Assembly: GCA_040757475.1 (NCBI GenBank)
Contig: JBFLWW010000001.1
Coordinates: 55,769 to 119,768 of the forward strand
DNA: 64,000 nucleotides
Source of the DNA: Nitrospirota bacterium
GTDB lineage: Bacteria; Nitrospirota; Thermodesulfovibrionia; Thermodesulfovibrionales; SM23-35
Direction: 5' to 3'
Shown here: positions 59,428 through 64,000 of the stretch, piece by piece
Numbering within the stretch: position 1 is the first letter of the stretch
Layout: each line of letters begins with the position of its first letter
The notes under the pieces: model-generated
Seen by the model: the letters and a program-made list of their open reading frames with translations, nothing else
The model's database searches: none
Told to the model about the DNA's origin: nothing
Made by a program: the position numbers and the translations under genes

Positions 59428-60996
59428 ATGGATACGAGAACCCTTATTGCCATAGCACTCGCATTTGCTATCCTCTTTCTCTACCAGTACTTCTTTATTA
59501 AACCTGAACCACAGCAGGTTCAAAAACAAGCAAAGGTAGAAAAGAAAGAAGAACCTAAACCTGTAAAGCCTGTAGAGGTCACGATAAATAAAGGTATACC
59601 CTCTGAAGAAAAAGAGCTAAGGGTCGAGACTGAATTATATTCAGCAGTCTTTACAACAAAAGGTGGGACATTAAAATACTATGAGCTTAAACCCTATAAG
59701 GATAAAGAGGGCAAAAATATTGTACTCCTTAAAAAGTCAGGCATCCATCCTCCTCTCAGTATAGGGTCGAAAGACGACTTTGATCTGGCTAATGCAAATT
59801 TTAATGTTATCGGAAAGGATATCAAACTCAATAGAGATAAAAAGTCAGATTCATTCATATTCGAATATACAGATTCAGGATTCTCTGTTAGAAGGACATA
59901 TACGTTTCATAATGATGATTACAGGGTTGATATTAAAGATGAGGTTTCAGGACTGCCTGATTACTGGATAACCCTCGGGACTGATTTTGGCATCCATAAT
60001 GATAAAGATAAATCATCGCATATAGGTCCTGTTCTTCTCAAGGAGAGTGAGAGGGTCGAGTTTAATGCAAAGAAACTGAATGAAACGAGGAGCTATAAAG
60101 AGGGCCTGAAGTGGATAGCCCAAGAAGATAAGTATTTCTTTGCCTCACTTGTCCCACTTAACAATATGGAAGAGGCAAAGGCATGGAGGGAGAAGGACTC
60201 TCTTGTCATCGCCTTAAGAGGCAAACCTACTACAAACAGCCTTATTCTGTATGCCGGACCAAAAGAACATGACAGGCTTAGTAAACTCAATGTCGGCCTT
60301 GAGCATATCATTGACTTTGGCTTTTTTTCTATCATAGCAAGGCCACTTTTCTGGCTTCTGAAATTTTTTTATAAGTTCATTGGCAACTATGGATGGGCGA
60401 TAGTCCTTCTTACTATAATTACCAGGATACCTTTTATCCCGCTCGTTAACAAAAGCCAGAAGGCAATGAAGAAGATGCAGGAAATACAGCCCAGGCTGGC
60501 CGAGATAAAAGAAAAATACAAGAAAGACCCACAGAGGATGCAGAGGGAGATGATGGAGCTTTATAAAAAGCATAAGGTGAATCCTATGGGAGGGTGTCTC
60601 CCGATACTCCTTCAGATACCCGTATTCTTTGCACTTTATAAGATATTGTTGATAGCTATAGAATTGAGAGATGCACCATTTATGCTATGGATAAAAGACC
60701 TGTCTGCACCCGACTCTCTTTTTGGACACATCCCTTCATGGTTTCCTTTAATCGGCGACTTTGCTGTAGGTCCATTGCCCATAATCATGGGTATCACCAT
60801 GATAATCCAGCAGAAGATGACACCTACATCCATGGATCCAACACAGGCCAAGATAATGATGCTTATGCCGATTATATTCACATTTCTGTTCCTCAACTTT
60901 GCATCAGGACTTGTCCTTTACTGGCTCATAAACAACATCCTCAGTATAGCCCAGCAGTTCTATGTGAACAGGAAACTCGCAAAGCAGACAGCGTAA
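59428..60996 (+). CDS. yidC: membrane protein insertase YidC
   Basis: 522 aa. An N-terminal TM helix, a periplasmic domain and a conserved C-terminal core (NYGWAI.LLTI..R....PL, GCLP.L.Q.P.FFALY). Confidence 0.93.
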   Translation: MDTRTLIAIALAFAILFLYQYFFIKPEPQQVQKQAKVEKKEEPKPVKPVEVTINKGIPSEEKELRVETELYSAVFTTKGGTLKYYELKPYKDKEGKNIVLLKKSGIHPPLSIGSKDDFDLANANFNVIGKDIKLNRDKKSDSFIFEYTDSGFSVRRTYTFHNDDYRVDIKDEVSGLPDYWITLGTDFGIHNDKDKSSHIGPVLLKESERVEFNAKKLNETRSYKEGLKWIAQEDKYFFASLVPLNNMEEAKAWREKDSLVIALRGKPTTNSLILYAGPKEHDRLSKLNVGLEHIIDFGFFSIIARPLFWLLKFFYKFIGNYGWAIVLLTIITRIPFIPLVNKSQKAMKKMQEIQPRLAEIKEKYKKDPQRMQREMMELYKKHKVNPMGGCLPILLQIPVFFALYKILLIAIELRDAPFMLWIKDLSAPDSLFGHIPSWFPLIGDFAVGPLPIIMGITMIIQQKMTPTSMDPTQAKIMMLMPIIFTFLFLNFASGLVLYWLINNILSIAQQFYVNRKLAKQTA

Positions 60997-60997
60997 T

Positions 60998-61106
60998 CTC
61001 CAATCACCAATAATCAAACACCAATAACCAAATAAGCTCCAATAACCAATTACCAAACTCAAGAAATTGTTTGGTTATTGAAATTTGGTCATTGGTTATT
61101 ACCCAA
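60998..61106. repeat. two-arm heptamer element, CCAATAA/TTGGTTATTG class
   Basis: The left arm is CTCCAATCACCAATAATCAAACACCAATAACCAAATAAGCTCCAATAACCAATTACCAAAC and the right arm is TTTGGTTATTGAAATTTGGTCATTGGTTATTACCCAAT. Confidence 0.85.
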
Positions 61107-61125
61107 TCTGCGTTATACTATAAAT

Positions 61126-62517
61126 ATGTCCACTGACGATACCATAGCTGCGATATCCACTCCTGTTGGTGAGGGGGGAATAGGGATTGTCAGATTGAGT
61201 GGGGAAGATTCTGTAGAGATTGCAGAAAAAATCTTCTACTCTCCAAAAAATAAATTTCTTCGTGATTCAAAATCCTACAGAGTTATCTATGGCTTTATAA
61301 AAGACCCAACAACCGGAGAAGAGGTTGACGAAGTGCTCATTACAGTAATGCGCTCTCCCTACTCTTATACAAAAGAGGATGTCGTTGAGATAAACTGTCA
61401 TGGAGGAATGATTCCACTCAGAAAGACACTCGAGCTTGTCCTGAAAGAAGGTGCAAGGCTTGCAGAGCCAGGGGAGTTTACTAAGAGGGCATTTATAAAT
61501 GGAAGGATAGACCTCAGCCAGGCAGAGGCAGTACTTGATCTCATAAGGTCTAAGACGGATGAGAGCAGAAGGATTGCGATTGAGCAACTTCAGGGCGGTC
61601 TCTCTGAAAAGATAACAGCACTGAGAGACAGGTTGACAGAGCTCTGTGCCCATGTAGAGGCATACATTGACTTCCCTGAGGATGAGATAGAGACAGCATC
61701 AAAACAGGACATGTTAGGGTCAATGAAAGAGATTATCAGAGAACTTCAGGCACTCCTCAAGAGCTATGATGAGGCAAGGTTCTTCAGGGAGGGACTTTCA
61801 ACTGCAATCGTTGGAAGACCAAATGTAGGGAAATCATCCCTCCTCAATGCACTCCTTAAAAAAGATAGGGCAATAGTTACAGAGGTTCCAGGGACAACAA
61901 GGGATGTGATCGAGGAGTATCTGAATATAAATGGGCTTCCACTTAGAATCATGGATACAGCAGGTATAAGAGCTGTACAGGATATTGCTGAGAAGGAGGG
62001 TGTAAGAAGAAGTCTTCAGAGTATCGAGAATGCTGACCTTGTGATTGCCATCTTCGACAGTAGTGAACCTTTTAAAGATGAGGATTTCGAGGTTATGGAG
62101 AAGATAAAGGGTAAGAATGCAATTATTGTCATAAACAAGTGTGACCTCCCATCAGCATTTGATGAAGATACACTCTCATCTTGCATCCTGCATCCTGCAT
62201 CACGTATCTTGCAAATCTCTGCAACCCGAGGCGATGGTCTCGAGGAACTAAAGGACAGGATATTCGATTTATGTCTAAAGGACTGGAGGGAGGAAAGAGA
62301 AGGAGTTGTTATAACAAACCTCAGGCACAAGACCGCCATAGAGAATGCTAAGGCATCACTCGATAGGGCAATGTATGCATTGATAGAGAATCAACCACTC
62401 GAAATCCTTGCCCTCGAGCTCAGGGATTCCCTCGACAGGCTCGGTGAAATCGTTGGAGCTGTCACAACAGAGGATATACTGAACAGGATTTTCAACGATT
62501 TTTGTATCGGGAAATAG
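61126..62517 (+). CDS. mnmE: tRNA modification GTPase MnmE
   Basis: MSTDDTIAAISTP.G.GGIGIVR.SG, G-domain GRPNVGKSSLLN / DTAGIR / NKCD, and C-terminal FCIGK. The track start 61078 lies in the repeat element. Confidence 0.93.
   Translation: MSTDDTIAAISTPVGEGGIGIVRLSGEDSVEIAEKIFYSPKNKFLRDSKSYRVIYGFIKDPTTGEEVDEVLITVMRSPYSYTKEDVVEINCHGGMIPLRKTLELVLKEGARLAEPGEFTKRAFINGRIDLSQAEAVLDLIRSKTDESRRIAIEQLQGGLSEKITALRDRLTELCAHVEAYIDFPEDEIETASKQDMLGSMKEIIRELQALLKSYDEARFFREGLSTAIVGRPNVGKSSLLNALLKKDRAIVTEVPGTTRDVIEEYLNINGLPLRIMDTAGIRAVQDIAEKEGVRRSLQSIENADLVIAIFDSSEPFKDEDFEVMEKIKGKNAIIVINKCDLPSAFDEDTLSSCILHPASRILQISATRGDGLEELKDRIFDLCLKDWREEREGVVITNLRHKTAIENAKASLDRAMYALIENQPLEILALELRDSLDRLGEIVGAVTTEDILNRIFNDFCIGK
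62177..62218. repeat. heptamer array inside mnmE: CATCTTG CATCCTG CATCCTG CATCACG TATCTTG CAAATCT
   Basis: Read directly; it is translated as ..SSCILHPASRILQIS... Confidence 0.75.
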
Positions 62518-62616
62518 TATATATAATATATCAAACATTGGCATTGCTGTATTTTAGGTTCTATGTCTATTTTCAGATAGTTCAGATAGTATGGTAAATT
62601 AGAAAAGGAGGCTATT

Positions 62617-62811
62617 ATGGAATGCATACAGGAAAAATTTAAGAAATACTGTATCTGCACATATGAGCCATGTGAGAGAAAAAGTAGATGCTGTGAATGC
62701 CTCCATTATCACAGAAGAAATGGAGAGCTACCAGCATGCTTCTTCAATAAAGAATATGAAAGGACTTATGAACGCTCTATAGCGAATTTTATACGTATGC
62801 ATAAGAAATAA
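62617..62811 (+). CDS. small Cys-rich protein (resembles the DUF6485 family as I recall it)
   Basis: 64 aa with C.C....C.R...CC.C..YH...G.LPACFF. AAGGAGG SD upstream. Confidence 0.5.
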   Translation: MECIQEKFKKYCICTYEPCERKSRCCECLHYHRRNGELPACFFNKEYERTYERSIANFIRMHKK

Positions 62812-62896
62812 AAAGTTCAAATGTCAAAGCTCAAATTTCAAATGTCTTTGATATTTTGATTTATTTGGTATTTGAATTTTGGATTTTGAATTTGTT
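62811..62896. repeat. two-arm heptamer element, TCAAA/TTTGA class
   Basis: The left arm is GTTCAAA TGTCAAA GCTCAAA TTTCAAA and the right arm is TCTTTGA TATTTTGA TTTATTTGG TATTTGA ATTTTGG ATTTTGA ATTTG. Confidence 0.85.
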
Positions 62897-62910
62897 TTTC
62901 AGGCTAAAAG

Positions 62911-62997
62911 GCCGGTGTGGTGGAACTGGCAGACGCGCCGGACTCAAAATCCGGTGGGGGAAACCCCGTGTGGGTTCGACTCCCACCACCGGCACCA
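62911..62997 (+). tRNA. tRNA-Leu (anticodon CAA)
   Basis: Acceptor GCCGGTG/CACCGGC, anticodon arm CCGGA-CTCAAAA-TCCGG, long variable arm (GGTGGGGGAAACCCCGTG), T-arm TGGGT..TTCGACTCCCA and encoded CCA. Confidence 0.9.
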
Positions 62998-63007
62998 GTG
63001 ATAATTC

Positions 63008-64000
63008 TTAAAACACTCCTCTATCCAGCGTCCTGTACTGAATTGCCTCTGAGACATGGTGGGAGTGAATGTCATCTGAAGATTCCAGATCTGCGATTGT
63101 GCGGGAGACCTTTAGTATCCTTGTATATGCCCTTGCAGAAAGGCCGAGCTTGTGCATTGCGGTTTCAAGAAGTGATTGTGCATCTGGTTTCAACTTACAG
63201 TATTTCTTTATATGCCTCGTCTTCATCTGGCCATTTGAATAAATCTTCTTGTCATCTTTAAATCGTTCAAGCTGAATATCTTTCGCTGCAACAACCCTTT
63301 TCCTTATTTCTTCTGATTTCTCGCCAGAGTATTCGTTAGATAGCTCTTTATATGGAACTGCAGGTACTTCTATATGAATATCAATCCTATCAAGGAGTGG
63401 TCCTGATACCCTCGTCCTGTAACGATGAATCTGTCCGGGTGTGCATATACACTGATGTCTCGGATCTCCGAGGTACCCACACTGACAGGGGTTCATTGCA
63501 GCCACTAACATGAAGCTTGCAGGGTATGTAATGGATGCAATTGCCCTTGATACAGTTACATCTCTATTTTCGAGTGGTTGCCTCAGGACTTCGAGGACAT
63601 TGCGTTTGAATTCTGGAAGCTCGTCAAGGAATAGGACTCCATTATGGGCCAGAGATACATCCCCCGGCTTTGGAATCTGTCCACCCCCAATTAAGGCAAC
63701 ATCTGATATTGTATGGTGCGGTGAACGGAAGGGTCTTGTAGCAAGTAAGGGTTGTCTATCCCTGAGGAGACCGACAACACTGTGTATTCTTGTTGTCTCT
63801 AATGCCTCATCAAATGTCATTCCAGGAAGTATTGTTGGAAGCCTCTTTGCGAGCATTGTCTTACCTGAACCAGGAGGCCCAATCATCAGTACATTATGGC
63901 CACCTGCAGCAGCAACCTCGAGTGCCCTCTTAGCATGTTCCTGTCCTTTAACCTCTGAGAAATCGTCCTCATAGATAGAGTTTTCCTCCATAGCCTTATA
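63008..64000 (-). CDS. YifB/ComM-family Mg-chelatase-like AAA+ ATPase (5' end beyond the window)
   Basis: Walker [12 protein letters not shown], Walker [10 protein letters not shown], and the C-terminal ChlI-like domain. The frame stays open upstream of the track ATG to the window edge. Confidence 0.88.
   Translation of the reverse strand, partial: YKAMEENSIYEDDFSEVKGQEHAKRALEVAAAGGHNVLMIGPPGSGKTMLAKRLPTILPGMTFDEALETTRIHSVVGLLRDRQPLLATRPFRSPHHTISDVALIGGGQIPKPGDVSLAHNGVLFLDELPEFKRNVLEVLRQPLENRDVTVSRAIASITYPASFMLVAAMNPCQCGYLGDPRHQCICTPGQIHRYRTRVSGPLLDRIDIHIEVPAVPYKELSNEYSGEKSEEIRKRVVAAKDIQLERFKDDKKIYSNGQMKTRHIKKYCKLKPDAQSLLETAMHKLGLSARAYTRILKVSRTIADLESSDDIHSHHVSEAIQYRTLDRGVF

Overview
The window is densely coding (about 90%) and carries about 66 protein genes, 3 tRNAs, one tmRNA and no CRISPR array. 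It comes from an anaerobe with dissimilatory sulfur metabolism; I cannot fix the lineage from sequence alone. Housekeeping blocks are glnA-smpB-ssrA, murI-rph-ftsH-folP, hisAF, mreBCD-mrdA-rodA and rpmH-rnpA-yidD-yidC-mnmE. There are also LPS and sugar-nucleotide genes, a four-subunit 2-oxoacid:ferredoxin oxidoreductase and atpBE. The centrepiece is a 15-kb co-oriented minus-strand block: adk-sat-orf128-aprBA-[three unexplained genes]-qmoABC-hppA. It contains every step from sulfate to sulfite plus both enzymes that handle the by-products. Three observations look most worth follow-up. First, a pervasive family of heptanucleotide-periodic arrays, usually arranged as two arms of opposite polarity, fills at least 18 spacers. 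It has also entered coding sequence: an in-frame insert in phosphomannomutase, an array in mnmE, the C-terminal tail of PBP2, and the signal peptide of a DUF3108 protein. Second, three genes (two paralogous CxxCxxCC cysteine-cluster proteins and an HsdR_N-like protein) split aprBA from qmoABC, and an unassignable 128-aa ORF sits between sat and aprB. Third, a decayed A+T-rich islet at about 11.2-12.9 kb holds an IS remnant that truncates a Cys-rich/lytic-transglycosylase gene. All functional calls rest on motifs read by eye, with no database search, and the gene starts I moved away from the ORF track are inferences.
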